Source of the DNA: Macrostomum hystrix
Taxonomy: Eukaryota > Animalia > Platyhelminthes
Length of the DNA: 64,000 nucleotides
Direction of reading: 5' to 3'
Assembly (NCBI GenBank): GCA_950097015.1
Contig: CATNEN010000011.1
Location: 310,001-374,000, forward strand
Part shown: positions 38,801 through 50,696 of the stretch, in pieces
Layout of the letters: each line of letters opens with the position of its first letter
Position numbering within the stretch: position 1 is the stretch's first letter
Program-made: the position numbers and the translations under genes
Notes under the pieces: generated by a model
Databases searched by the model: none
Seen by the model: the letters and a program-made list of their open reading frames with translations, nothing else
Told to the model about the DNA's origin: nothing

Positions 38801-39396
38801 GTATATAGTTTTAAAAGACTAGATAAATAACCTCCTTTGCTTTGTAAATTTGAGAAATAGAAATAGCTCGTGCACTGGATCTTTAAAGTTTATAATAAAT
38901 TAGGTAGTAGCTTCCATCGCTCACCGATCAGTCCCAGCCGACCCCAACCAACTCCAGTCTGAGCGTTGGCCACCAGTGCAAAGCCAACAGTGGCCCCCAC
39001 AATAGAATGCGTCCCTGAAACAGGCACGCGAAAGAATGTCGCCACTAGAAGCCAGATACAGGTTCCAGAGAGGCTGGAGAGCTGGCCCATCATTAGCAGC
39101 TGGGAGCCGGTTGTGCTGGTTCCATTGTTATTCAGCTGCACATAATAGTCAGTGTCGATGATGCCTTTTCGAATCGTCTCTGACACTTTCGCGCCTAGCA
39201 GCACGGCGCCGGCGGTCTCAAAAATGGTGGCCAAAATGCAGGCCTGCCGCAGAGTCAGGACTTTGGAGCCCACGGAGGTACCAAAGCTGTTCGCAACGTC
39301 GTTGGCACCAATTCCAAAAGCTAGGACAAAGGCAATGATGAAACCAAGCACAACAATCCAGATATACTCCTCTGGTATGCCCAGGAAAGTCGTCAT
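32889..39396 (-). CDS. SLC20A1/2: SLC20/PiT sodium-dependent phosphate transporter; exons approx. 38925-39396, 37822-37907, 37248-37344, 37032-37151, 36822-36945, 33496-33932, 32889-33129
   Basis: Both PiT signature repeats are present: [19 protein letters not shown] and [17 protein letters not shown]. Also [32 protein letters not shown] and [15 protein letters not shown]. Confidence 0.95.
33229..33360. repeat. ~19-20 bp intronic minisatellite (GGTACCAGGGTGTCAG)
   Basis: About seven tandem units. Confidence 0.8.
34160..36175. mobile_element. Outer non-autonomous DNA transposon with ~100-bp imperfect TIRs, containing an IS630/Tc1-like transposase fragment (~34476-34800) and the nested Tc1 element
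   Basis: TATTGGTTTTGTCAGCC...GCCACCCAAAATGAGAATCCTGCCTACGCTGACTGCG...TTAGTCTATGGGCCAT at 34160-34258 is inverted at ~36072-36175. Flanking direct repeat TACTACATACA at 34148-34158 and 36177-36187. Internal peptide [10 protein letters not shown]...[23 protein letters not shown]. Confidence 0.75.
34904..35961 (+). mobile_element. Tc1/mariner (DD34E-type) element, defective transposase, 105-bp TIRs, TA TSD
   Basis: [20 protein letters not shown] and [11 protein letters not shown] catalytic motifs. In-frame TAA at 35432-35434. TIRs 34904-35008 and 35857-35961 appear identical. TA at 34902-34903 and 35962-35963. Confidence 0.93.
37393..37727 (-). mobile_element. tRNA-derived SINE family B, longer copy
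   Basis: Reverse strand begins GGGGTCAGTGGCAGAGCGGTTAACGCG (A-box-like) ... GAGCTCGATT (B-box-like). Homologous to 27301-27545. Confidence 0.65.
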
Positions 39397-41788
39397 TGGA
39401 TTAATATGGATTAAGTTAATCAAGGCAAAGTGTTTAAAGTTGAGAGAAAATGTGTTAAACTTCAGTCTAATGTTTTGGTATCTCAGCTCAAAGTTTGAGC
39501 TGCTTTAGGCTCTGGTAATTTATGCTAAAAAGCACTGGCCTATAATCGCAGTGCAGCGCACATTTGTAATAAGAAAGCTACGGTGCTATGAGTAGATAAC
39601 AAACTCCACACGCTTCGCTCTGGTGGGTGGAGGTCAAAATGACAATGTTGAGCGCGACTCAACAATTGGGATTGCTGCCGGCTCTTGCGGGACACTTTCT
39701 AAGTTGTACCTCTGGTTTCTCCGTGTGCACTTTCTACTGAATGTAGCTCGTAAAGCAGAGGTGCAAGAAAAGTTATATTTCAATTCTTGACTTTTCTAAC
39801 GTTATGTTTTCCCTTTAACTTGTATTTTATGTGTGAATTTTTTATGCAGGTTGTTTTTTATAAAAAAATACATCAAAGACTCCAGTTAGGATGGAGTCTT
39901 CGAAGCTCGAGTACGAGTCTGAGTATTTTCCCCAGGATGAGTATTAGACTGAATATAAGACGAGTCTAATCGAATCTAACTGACGATATATTTCTTTGAG
40001 TCAGTGGTTTTGTGACGAAGCTGGTCCGGGCACAAAATGATCCGCAACTGAGTCTTCGCAGTCAGAGACGGACTTCCAAAAGACGAGCAATGAGGCTAGC
40101 AATATTGAACTTGTCAGAATAAGCCGTCGTTTATTTCCTTTATTTTTGACCGAATGGTCCACAATCAATCAGCAAAGTATTCTAGAAGTCAGTCAGCCTA
40201 TGGCTACGCTATAAGACAATTGTTTAGGCGTTCCCAGCAAGGTACGGTAAAAACAGAGGCTTTGGCGCAATGACTTTAAATAAGCCAGACAGAGAAGGGA
40301 AGGCCGCCAGTGTCACATGACACCGAGGCAAGCGAAGTGGGGGCAAGGCCTTAGCCGACTTAAAGGGCGCGATCGCGCGCGATTGGCTGAGAGGAAGAAA
40401 GGGCGGCGAAGCGTACAGCACATGGGGAAGGACTGGAACGCAGGGGCGGCCAACCCCCACGTCCTGAGCGGGGAAAGTCCTGAAACTGGTAAACAAGCTC
40501 ACAGAGGCAGCGCCAGAAGGTGAGAGTCCATTAAAGGCCAAGGGGGAGCGGGCAAGTTACAACGTCACAGTTTGACGTTTTTAAAGAGTATAGTGGAGGC
40601 TTTTGCATGCGTTTAAGCAACCCTGTGTAGTTTAGACATTATTTTACGGCACTTCCCTGCTAAAGTATTTTCGAACGCAATCTTTAAATTTGGTCTCAAA
40701 ATACAGCAATTTTATCTCGCCCTGGTTTGTCATGTAATCATCATAAGGCTCACAATTGCAGTGCTGTGACTGGACTGAGCATGGAACATAGTCAGTGGCC
40801 ATGCCGAATTCACAGAGTGCACAAAGCAGGCAGTAGAGGTTGGCTACTCATTCTGCGGAAACACAGCAAGTTCCTTGAGTCGGAGAAAATGAGCTTTCCG
40901 TCCCTCCCAGTTTTACAAACTGGGCCAATGGTCTGTGCTCTGTAAAAAACTTTAGCCATGCTACTGCAAACTGCATGGCATCTGACTAATCGAAGACGCA
41001 AAAGCGGGTACGATAGCAGGGTCCACGCTATAGTTTATAATATTCATTCCCATGAGCCCGGCCTGTTGTCTTCCAATGTCAGAGGTGATCTCCGCCAGCT
41101 GTTTTTCGGCTCAGTCTCGCTGTTAAGGCTGGAATTAGTTAAGTATGGCAAATTCTAGCTTTTTGGCCGCTGCGCCACCAAAAGTCTAGAGGAAGCAGAA
41201 TTCGCAATTTTGGCAAATAAGCCACAGGATAAAGCTGCTCGGCCACTAGTTGAAGACTGCGACTGAATAAGCTTACTCCCGAAGTCGATATTAAGTCAGC
41301 TTGCAGAAGCACAAATTAAGTAAACCAAGAGGCCCATGAAAAAATAATACGAACTGTGCACGTGTCTTCTCTTCAGCACATGAAAGCAAGGTCCAGGCTT
41401 TTCTTCCGTAAATTGTCGGTAAGCTTAATTTTGACTGTCTAGTGAATTGACAGATTTCAATCACGCTTCAATAATGTTTCGAGGCTGTTGTTAGATTTCA
41501 TCACATCTTTTGCTTTTTTCAAAGTTCTTGCTTTAAAAATTTTTCAATGTAGTCAGTTGGGCCTGACAGTATGACAGCACGACTACCGTGTCAAAGACGT
41601 TAGAATTTGGCAGTTTAAAAGCGGTTGGTTTTTGTGATTCAATTTAAGCGCTCGTACTTTGCGTCTTTCTCAGTTGATTTCAGCATTTAGTTATGCATTG
41701 AACACACTGAACGCTCTGGACGCAAATGAAGTAAATTAATTTCATTGTTCTTGCGCTTCCAGCGTTCTGAAGTGTCAAAAATCTAAGA

Positions 41789-42913
41789 ATGCTGCTGCTT
41801 CAACACTCAAGAAGGCGAAGGCTATTGCGTCCTAAATATGTTCTGGCCTTGGCGCTTGCTCTGTTCGCTAGTGTATATTTGATGCGTAAGTTCCATCAGT
41901 GCTGTGGTCTGGAGGTGCCCGTACTGTTTAAAACTTTAAGACGTGTTGACACATATTGGAAGCCGCCAAAGCAGCCAGTTACGGACGCATGTTACCATGA
42001 TGACTTGTTAATAAAGCTACTTCAGATGCCGAGCAGTGGAGTGCAAAAGCAGCAGCAATTTATTAGAGGATTTTACGCCACGCCCACATACTCAGTAGAT
42101 CTGCGTAACCTCACGTTATCGAGGGCCTGTGTCAATGCCCTGACGCCTGCTGACAACAACGCCTACGAAACCATAGACTCTAACTGTTTCACCAGATGGA
42201 TAGCTAAAGACGATATGAACAAAGTCTACGATGCACTGCAATGGTTATTGAGGAACTTCAGGTCACGTGGTCTGGAATGCTTTATGCTAGATGGTAGCCT
42301 AATTGGATCGTTACGCCACTTTGGATTGGTGCCGTGGGACGACGATTTGGACTTCGCGATTCGAGCGGATCAAAAAGCCGAAGTTCGACGGCTGTTTGAG
42401 GAGCTGGCCGAGGGTGCGTCACCGTACTTGTTTGTTGACCAAGAAGCAACCTTTGGACATTGGAAACTGGGATTTCTTTGTGTAGTCAACTCTGCAGCTG
42501 GGAAATCGTGCCGAGTTGCTGCCGATTTCTTCTTTTTTCGTCGGGCTGGTCGCTGGATCATTCGACCTGAGTGGCCCTTTCACTTTCCCGCCGAAGATAT
42601 TTATCCCCTTTCGGTGAGACCGTTTGGCCCACGTCTGCTTCTTCCATCGCCTCGGCGGCCCTTGCACTTTCTGCAGCGGCAATATCGTTCTGATATAATG
42701 ACACGATGCCTCTACCAGCCCCACTCTACAACGAACTGTTCCCATCCGGAGGTGGCTTGTCGAGCAGTCCAGCTGACAGGTAGGCACCCGTTTGTTGCGT
42801 CTGTAGTTTTACCTGCACCGCCCGCTATGATTCACCGAAGCCTGAATGTCACTGTCGAGCTTCTGGTTTGGAATGGAAAACTAATTTCCCTGTTTCTTCC
42901 GATTGATTCATAA
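41789..42913 (+). CDS. LicD/fukutin-family nucleotidyltransferase-fold protein, predicted type II membrane protein (374 aa, single ORF)
   Basis: N-terminal basic segment plus hydrophobic anchor (RRRRLLRPKYVLALALALFASVYLM). LicD/FKTN motif CFMLDGSLIGSLRHFGLVPWDDDLDF; EDIYPLSVRPFG. Confidence 0.85.
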   Translation: MLLLQHSRRRRLLRPKYVLALALALFASVYLMRKFHQCCGLEVPVLFKTLRRVDTYWKPPKQPVTDACYHDDLLIKLLQMPSSGVQKQQQFIRGFYATPTYSVDLRNLTLSRACVNALTPADNNAYETIDSNCFTRWIAKDDMNKVYDALQWLLRNFRSRGLECFMLDGSLIGSLRHFGLVPWDDDLDFAIRADQKAEVRRLFEELAEGASPYLFVDQEATFGHWKLGFLCVVNSAAGKSCRVAADFFFFRRAGRWIIRPEWPFHFPAEDIYPLSVRPFGPRLLLPSPRRPLHFLQRQYRSDIMTRCLYQPHSTTNCSHPEVACRAVQLTGRHPFVASVVLPAPPAMIHRSLNVTVELLVWNGKLISLFLPIDS

Positions 42914-43577
42914 TTCATTAGTAATAATTGCTGAGATGAGCGAACAGGCTTTTTAAAAGTGATGGCATAAATGCGTTTAATTTTAATTTTCTGACTTTAA
43001 AACCTTGCCCGACAATACTTCTGTTGTTTTTGTTCCGCTGAAACATTACCACCACTCTCAAAGCATCCTGGCTATTATCCAATGCATCTTGCGATAGCCT
43101 TTTTGGATTAAATCATTGCACCGATATTTAATTCTTTTCATTTTGTCTTCTGAATTTTAGTTTCAGAAATTCAGAAATTCTGCAAAGATAAAGGAAAATT
43201 CCTTTAAATGGTGCTTGTGCAATAGGCCAAGTTTAATCTTTTTGTAAAAAAGTGAATTAAAGTTTCTTTTGTAAAAATGAATAATCCTTCTCTTTTTAAT
43301 AAAACGTAATTAATTCCTACGCATAATAGGTTATATTCGTGCCGACGTCTGAAATCATGTCTTTTGCAGAATATTGTAACGCACGTTTGTTAAAAATCAA
43401 GACTGTAAAAGGGTATTGAGGAGGAAAAACAACGTCGTTGGCACCCGCGCGTTCAAATAATAAGAAATAAGTTCTGATTGAGAAGAAAAGCAAGTTTTTC
43501 AATTAAGAGAGAAAGATTCGCGTTAAATTGTTGCAATTATTTTTCAATACAATAGACGTTGAAAATATGAAATATAT

Positions 43578-44020
43578 CAGCCGTGTTGACGACTCTTAGG
43601 CTACATCGAACATGCGCGACGGTCGCCTAATAGGCAACTCCGAACATGTTCTTTGTTCCGAGAACATGTTCTTTTAAATTAATAAGGCTATTTAATGTAT
43701 ATTAATAAATTAATAACATGAAGAAAAAACTATGCATTCCTTGGCATGAGGTCAACAAACAAGACAGTTAAACTATGTGTGTGTGTGTGTTAAACCATAC
43801 TAGACATAGTATGGGTTTAACTGTCTTGTTTGTTGACCTCATACCAACGAAGGCATAGTTTTTTCTTCATATTATTAATTTATTAATATACATTAAGTAG
43901 CCTTATTAATTTAAAAGAACATGTTCTCGGAACAAAGAACATGTTCGGAGTTGCCTATTAGGCGACCGTCGCGCATGTTCGATTACTGTTTCTTAGACCC
44001 TATCTCTGTCAACACGGGTG
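43578..44020. mobile_element. Foldback/MITE-like element: ~380-bp near-perfect palindrome (43605-43983) with short outer TIRs
   Basis: Arms ATCGAACATGCGCGACGGTCGCCTAATAGGCAACTCCG... and ...CGGAGTTGCCTATTAGGCGACCGTCGCGCATGTTCGAT. Outer CCGTGTTGAC (43581-43590) / GTCAACACGG (44008-44017). TA-rich flanks. Confidence 0.85.
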
Positions 44021-46485
44021 AATATATATACGGAGACAATAAATAAAAACTGATCTAAGTAAAATACAAGATAATTACTAAGAAATAATATATCAGAAAC
44101 ATATATCAAATAATACTTAGAGTTATACATTGACGAATTCACTAAGAGAAGCCGTTACCCTGTGAATCAGTGAAAGCCTAATCTGACTGGGAAATCATAT
44201 ACAGTAGCCTAATAGACCGCTCGTGCAATAAATTGATCGCTACCACAATTGTGAGTAAGATATACTGAGAGGCATTGTTAAGTAATAGTCTTAAATACTC
44301 AGAAATTATTAAAACCATATTCTAAGAATAACTACAATTTTGTCAAAGAGATAGGATAAGATATGGCCCGATACTACTTTAGTATCATTAATATTGAAAT
44401 TAGTGATACTTTGGAACTAATCTTAAATTAACCCTACCACAACTTTTGTGACTTCATTGGGATAAAATTATCTTTAGAGTGGCTCTCTAAAGGATCTCTT
44501 TAATCTCTTTTAAGTCTTTCTTTAATTAAAAAGAGACGCATAATGACACTTGTACTCGAAGCTTTCAAAACAATAAACTTAATTAAAGCTGATACGCGTT
44601 TTCAATTTACGATCGCTACTTTTGACCACCAAGAGCTAGAGACATCTCTTGCTCTTCCCAAATAACACACACTCGTGTTATAGTTAATACTGACAGCAGT
44701 GCAGTTGCTAAATCTGTCAGACACTAAATCTTGGTTGCTGAGCTAGTATTGCATAAGCCTTGAGTGTTCTCAAAATTGAACGGTAATCGGTCCCGAGGCC
44801 GCATGTTCTGAGCATACGAAACACGGCATGTCAGCTTAATTGACAGACTTACTAGTGAACTCAAGTTGACTCCTAGGTACCAGTAAATAACACTTGTAGG
44901 GCCATTAGATGAAATGAGATCTACAGCTAAAACGTACTGTATATACATGTAAAAGGATAATGCAGTTAAAGATGCATTCATTATAGTCTTTAATAAGCAA
45001 TACATATTTACCAGCGTAGAATCAGAGCTACGAGGTTCCACCTACTCTACCTGCACCTACCTGCAGTAATTTGAAGGGAAGAAAAATACACAACTCAGTT
45101 ATTGAACAAAGGCCCGATGATCAACAACATACGAGCTCGTATAAAAATGGGAAATTTGAAGCCATCAATCAAAATGACCAACATGCGGAATGACACTGAA
45201 CCAAATCATTGGATTTTAACGTATCACAAGCTCGTGCTCCAAGATGTACATCTAGGCTCGTATTGTGCGTTGTGTACAGGATGTTTGAAATGAGCAACAC
45301 CGTTTGACCGGCTCCATAAGAGTCATCTTAAACAAGAGCATCGTGGCACCAAATTTTCTTTTTGCAGAATGGAGCTAGATGGCTGAAGCGCTGGCCCTGC
45401 AAGGATTGGTGGCAACAAAAGATTCGACGAGCAGAATGCCGAACATACCGATGGGCGGATAGAATTGAAGCTGCTTTCCATCGTGCTGCCGAGCTGAGCA
45501 TGCCAATGGGCGGATAGGATTGAAGCTTCCTAGCTGACACGGAGTTTGAAGCTTCAAACTCTTGTGTAGCTAGAAATCTGTGTTTTCTAACATCTGTGCT
45601 GTTCTACTGAACCTGGACATCAAATTGTACAAAATAGGAGTACAATTTGGCTGCCTATTTTTTTTGCAGTTCGCAATCGTCATGTTCTTAATTCTTATTC
45701 TTAATTCAGTTAAACTTTATTTCGTAAATTTTTTAAGCAAAACTTAAAAATAAATAAATCGATCTGTGCCGACCACAAGTAGCCGAAGGAGGCGCTGAGT
45801 CAACTCGCGCTCTTGATGGTGAATTCTCGAACATGCATCACGCCAGAAAACATGAAAACAATCATAAAAACTATTAAAATTAGTCTGCACTAATTCGAGC
45901 TTAATTACAAAACTCTAAATGACTGAGAAGACTAAACAGATTTTTAAGAATATTTTTTTAGAATAAAAAGCTATTTATCATAGAGTTTTTATTTTTACTT
46001 CGATTATTTCTAAAAAGGAGCATTTTTAAACTGATTTCAATATTATCAGAAGGGCTGCCGATGCAGGTGGTTGGCTCCAAAACAGCAGGTGTTTTCCTGC
46101 GAAGCAGCTGTTAGACTCCATGCCTAACTAAGAACTCTTATCACATTGGTATTATTTCGGCGCACTCTGATTAAGCAACCGTGCAACGAAATTTTGCATG
46201 AGTAAAAAACCGTAAACTTAGGAGAATAAGAAAGTAGAATTCTCTAGAATTCTAAAAATACTAAAAATATAGGATATGCTTTACTGTACGGCGTCAAATT
46301 TGAAAAAGAGTTTATAAAAATACAAACGATTGATAAATATAGAAAATATTTTCTTGGGGCTACCGCAAGTAGACAAATGTAAAAATGGTTCTGTTTTGAA
46401 TTATTTACCGCAGTTATTTCATAAATATACGAGTATTCCGAATGTTATATCTTCATACGCTCGGAGCTCGTATATTGACAGATCT

Positions 46486-48414
46486 TCATAGTTCAGTCTT
46501 CTCTATTGAGGCTATATTGTCGTACGCACTGTGGCGTCCAGTATCAGTCTCCGCAGCAAACTTGCCTCCTGCCGCCGGTGATCGACCGCCGACGTGCAGT
46601 CGACTTGCCAGAAGACCCAGAGCACCGAGCAGCAGAACAAAGCCCAAGCAGCTGCACACAATAATGATGATTAGCAGGTGTTCGGAAGTTAAACCGCCTG
46701 ACATTATGGGCATCACAATTGGCGCAGTGGTTGTCATCATCATGGCGGGCTGTCGGTCCAGCTCTGCCAGCATCTTGATTTCCTGCTCACAGAAGCGCTG
46801 TCCAAACAGTGTTGCGCTAATGTTCTGGATCACAGATGCCGAGCTTATACGATAAAGCCCCAGTGCTAGAAACTCCGACATCTGCCGGGACCTCTTCGGA
46901 TCGTAGCAGGCGTTGTTCGGCCAGAGCGTGTTATTCAGGTAATTTCGGCAGAGAGGATCGCAGCCTGTTCTAGAGAAGCATTTTTTACCGATCATTTCGT
47001 TAAGAACTTGAGACGGCATAGTTCCACTGCGCATTGCAGTAATGTTGCAGTCGCCTTCAACGTGCGGCGTGATGCCACTTTGTAACCAGCAAGTATTGAT
47101 GCCAGAAACGGCTATGCATTGGCCTAGCTTAGCGCTAGTGGTTTGGCTCACGTTGTTGGGATAGTAGGAAAGAAACGACAAGCACATTTCGTCGCTGGTG
47201 CTTTCTCCAAAGAAGATGGTCGAGTTGCTTCTAAGTGAACTAAAGTAGCATTCAGTCTTCACCTCATCACCTTTTAGGTACGCGATTGGTGGATCAAAGG
47301 TTACCATCTGTGGTGAATTATAGTCGTAAACCTGCAGCGGAGACAGATCTTTGATCAGTGTTCCATTCCGCCATAGTGAAATTCGCCCCTTAATACCATA
47401 GGTGTGCATATGGATTGTTGCAGACGTAATGTACCGCGTGCCTGCGTGATAGCGTTCTGTGCATACGGAAGGACAAGTATGGTTGAAGCTAACCAGTGGC
47501 TGACGAGGTGGAATGACGAGGTTTCCCTCGCCGTACATCAGTGTTCCCTGGTCATAAGGTCGAAGATTTGGCGTAAAGAAAATTGAAAAGCCAGAGGAAT
47601 CCGTGTAGCCAGAGACCATTGCCGGGTTGTTCCAATGAAGCTCGAGCAGAGCATATCTGTATCCTTCGCCACCGATTCGAAACCCTGCGTTGCTGCTGAA
47701 GCACTCACCTTCGACTCCGAAACCCCATAGATTCAGCATCTCCGTACAATTTGCACGACCCATAAAGCATTCTTGTGGACCGTCGAACAAGGCCTGCTCT
47801 GGTTTCGATTCACAAGCGTACATTATCATGTGGTGCATAATGTTCGTGTTGACAATGATAGGCAGCGATCCGATCATATGAACAGGTGTGGCGGTGTTGT
47901 TCAATTCAAACGCTTGGCAAATGTACGTTGTCTCTTTTGCGGGAACTGGGGTGTTTTTGCTTAGGGTGAAGTTCCTCACTGTCACATTAGCACCCTTCAT
48001 GGCAGGACAGTTAAAAGCTTTAGGACATACGGTCCAGAAATTTTTGCAAGTCGTTGAGTCGAGCGGACAGATTCCAGGATGGGACAGGCCAGTGGTTCTC
48101 GCTGGAGTGGCTCCGACGATCCACACGCAGTCGGGATCTCCGAGCTCTTGACCATTCGTGAGCCCGTCGCCGTCAGAGTCTTTGCGGCATAGTTCTGGTG
48201 TCCATTTTAGGCCGGCGGCCGCGAAATCCACTCCGAACGGGTTCTTGGCGTTTGCGCCAAGAGGGCTCTGGTGTCCGACCCCGGCCCAGATGGCGCCAAC
48301 CTCGCACGGGTTCGGGACCCTGTTTCCGTTCGGAATCCTCGATTGGTATGATGTGCGCGCCTGTGAGCAGCTTAGCAGTGCGGCTAGAACCGACAGGACA
48401 AAAAGTGTGCCCAT
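46486..48414 (-). CDS. Paralogue A: signal peptide - temptin-like domain - copper type II ascorbate-dependent monooxygenase (DBH/MOXD1-like core, no DOMON) - Cys-rich domain - TM (642 aa)
   Basis: Temptin-like IPNG..V.NPC...W.GVGH...NPFG.DF...W...LC..DSDGDGLTNGQELGDP.CVW. Copper ligands IMHHMIMY, LELHWNNP, IHMH and GESTSDEMC. Hydrophobic C-terminal helix. Confidence 0.9.
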   Translation of the reverse strand: MGTLFVLSVLAALLSCSQARTSYQSRIPNGNRVPNPCEVGAIWAGVGHQSPLGANAKNPFGVDFAAAGLKWTPELCRKDSDGDGLTNGQELGDPDCVWIVGATPARTTGLSHPGICPLDSTTCKNFWTVCPKAFNCPAMKGANVTVRNFTLSKNTPVPAKETTYICQAFELNNTATPVHMIGSLPIIVNTNIMHHMIMYACESKPEQALFDGPQECFMGRANCTEMLNLWGFGVEGECFSSNAGFRIGGEGYRYALLELHWNNPAMVSGYTDSSGFSIFFTPNLRPYDQGTLMYGEGNLVIPPRQPLVSFNHTCPSVCTERYHAGTRYITSATIHMHTYGIKGRISLWRNGTLIKDLSPLQVYDYNSPQMVTFDPPIAYLKGDEVKTECYFSSLRSNSTIFFGESTSDEMCLSFLSYYPNNVSQTTSAKLGQCIAVSGINTCWLQSGITPHVEGDCNITAMRSGTMPSQVLNEMIGKKCFSRTGCDPLCRNYLNNTLWPNNACYDPKRSRQMSEFLALGLYRISSASVIQNISATLFGQRFCEQEIKMLAELDRQPAMMMTTTAPIVMPIMSGGLTSEHLLIIIIVCSCLGFVLLLGALGLLASRLHVGGRSPAAGGKFAAETDTGRHSAYDNIASIEKTEL

Positions 48415-50696
48415 GTTTTTTATGTCTTCTTGAATGCGTCAGGTTATCCAAATTTTTTTAGAAGCTAAGACGAGCTTCACTGTGCTTTTATAAGTATTTG
48501 TTAGCAGATTTCATTGGTTGGTTTGAATGACGTTTTCCACTCTGTCTTTTTTCTGGAGTGCAAGTTCACCGTGAAAGTATAATTTACTAATTCAGTTTCT
48601 ACCACCGCACTGAAAAAAAGTTCGAAGAGATCCCTAGGTGATTTTAATAAGCAAATAAGCTAAGGGTTACCATAAGAGCCCGTATTTAGCGGAGTTATTG
48701 CAACGTGACAGGTCCTGACAAGTATTTTCAGCACGTCGATTTCTCTCCGTGTCCCACTTCTTCCTGCAGAATGCAACCTGCTCAGGTGCAACCTGCTCTG
48801 GCCAAAGAGTCTAAAGCAATGCAAGTTGCATCTCGATGTAAGCATATGCCATACATGTACATGTACAAGCAGGAAAGACCTTTACACCTGCCCAACCAGG
48901 CTATATGCTAACCTGGCTAGCAATAATCCTACGGGCAAACATAGTTGGGCAAACGAACCACAACCCGCGAATGCATTGAAACCAACTTATGAGAATTAAG
49001 CAATAATATTTTTCGCTGAAACATGAGTTCGCTTTTCAAGTACTGGTAGTGCCTTAGGAAAAGTTTTTTGATTCTATCGACGCTTAAGTGTCAAATATTG
49101 ATTCTAACGCGAGCCGAATAGTTGAACATGCGATATGCACCTAAAATCACGCATATTAAATCAGTGCAAAATGAACGCATTAAAGTAGGTCTACACCTGT
49201 ATAAACCGCATGAATCATTGGATATTTATAGGCTGCTCTTGGCAGCTTATTTGGCTCTGCTGCTGCATCATGTGACAGCGTGTAATTAAAGCTCACATTG
49301 TTTTCGCAGTAAACAATTTCATTTCATTCCAGAGTCTTCTAGAGAACTTAGAATATCGTTTCTGTTGTCTCTACCCATCAGGAGTTCTCATGGAAAACAC
49401 TGTCATGTGAACTCGAAGGTCTGGAGTGCCTTATCTCAAACCCCCAGCACTCATTCGCCTGCCCAAGAGAGCTGTTGATGCACTGAGCTTTAATAAAACG
49501 CATTGCACAATGATAATTGTTAAGGCGTGCGATTGTGGCCGCTAATGACAAGGCTCTTTTTCCGCAGTATCTTTTCCTTTTCAGCCAGCCCACTTTTTGT
49601 TGCCTTTCATTTGAAGTTTCTTGGAAAGTTTAGTTTAGAAAAGAGAGAAAACAGTTTAAGAGATAACGAAATATGACATACGACTGTTTTTAGACTCCAA
49701 GAGCCTGGAAATTTTCTGGACAATAAAATGCAACACATTATAATAAACCCTTCTTCATTTTCACATCACTAGCCACTAAAAGATGCGAGGGTTAAACGAA
49801 CTTTAATGTCTATTGTGTAGGTTTAGGCTACAAAATCTGCTCTACAGAGAGCAGACGACTGTAGACGAGAAACGTAGGATTGACGATTTTAGAGAGCAAC
49901 TTTGAGCTTATACTCATATTTAATCAAAACTAAAAGTTTTGAATTGCAATGATGCAGCCGAGTTTTGATTATGTGCCGTCCTAAAAGTGCTTTAATTTGG
50001 CAACTGTGCGATAATACACTGTCAAATTGCTAATTAATTGCTGTAAGCATGCGTCGCTTAAGAAAGTTTCGGACAACTATAAAAATGTAGATTTGAAATA
50101 CGACTGTAGAATAAAATAGGAAACTGAAAACACTATCGACAATGCGAGCATATAGTGTTAAGCAGTGGAAATACATAGCTTCGTCTGCGGCGAATCTGCT
50201 GTTGCTGACCAGGGGGAGAAAAGGGACAGATTGATTGCGATTGAGGGAAAATAAATTAAAGCTTCGGCCAAGACAAAATACACAAAAACAATTGCCAATA
50301 TCCATTTTTAAGAGTGAAGGATAGGAGGAGAAAATTAAAAGAGCTACCTTCCTATAAATCGCATTCAAATACATCACACACTCGAATAATAGCACTGAGA
50401 CTATTTTTGTGACTTCAATAGTCTCAGTATTTTCACTGAAAAGTGTCGACCCGTTTCGAGTATCTCCATTTATATTAAACTGGGCCTGTAAATAATTTTT
50501 GTGCTGCGGCGTCTTTCTTGCTACCAGTTGCACATCTGCATGCTATACTACTGGAGGTGATTGTGACTGACACACAAAATAAGAAAGCTTTGAACGTAAA
50601 GTTACCTGAAATCAAGAGCAGCGGTAAAGTCCCGCTATAGATCAAACTGTGGGACCATTTTAAGTGAAAGCAAAAAAGACATGAGTTGACATGTTG

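Noticed and set aside
50030-50533. 167-aa minus-strand ORF downstream of paralogue B
   Set aside because: TTG start, AT-rich composition and no similarity to the paralogues' missing domains.
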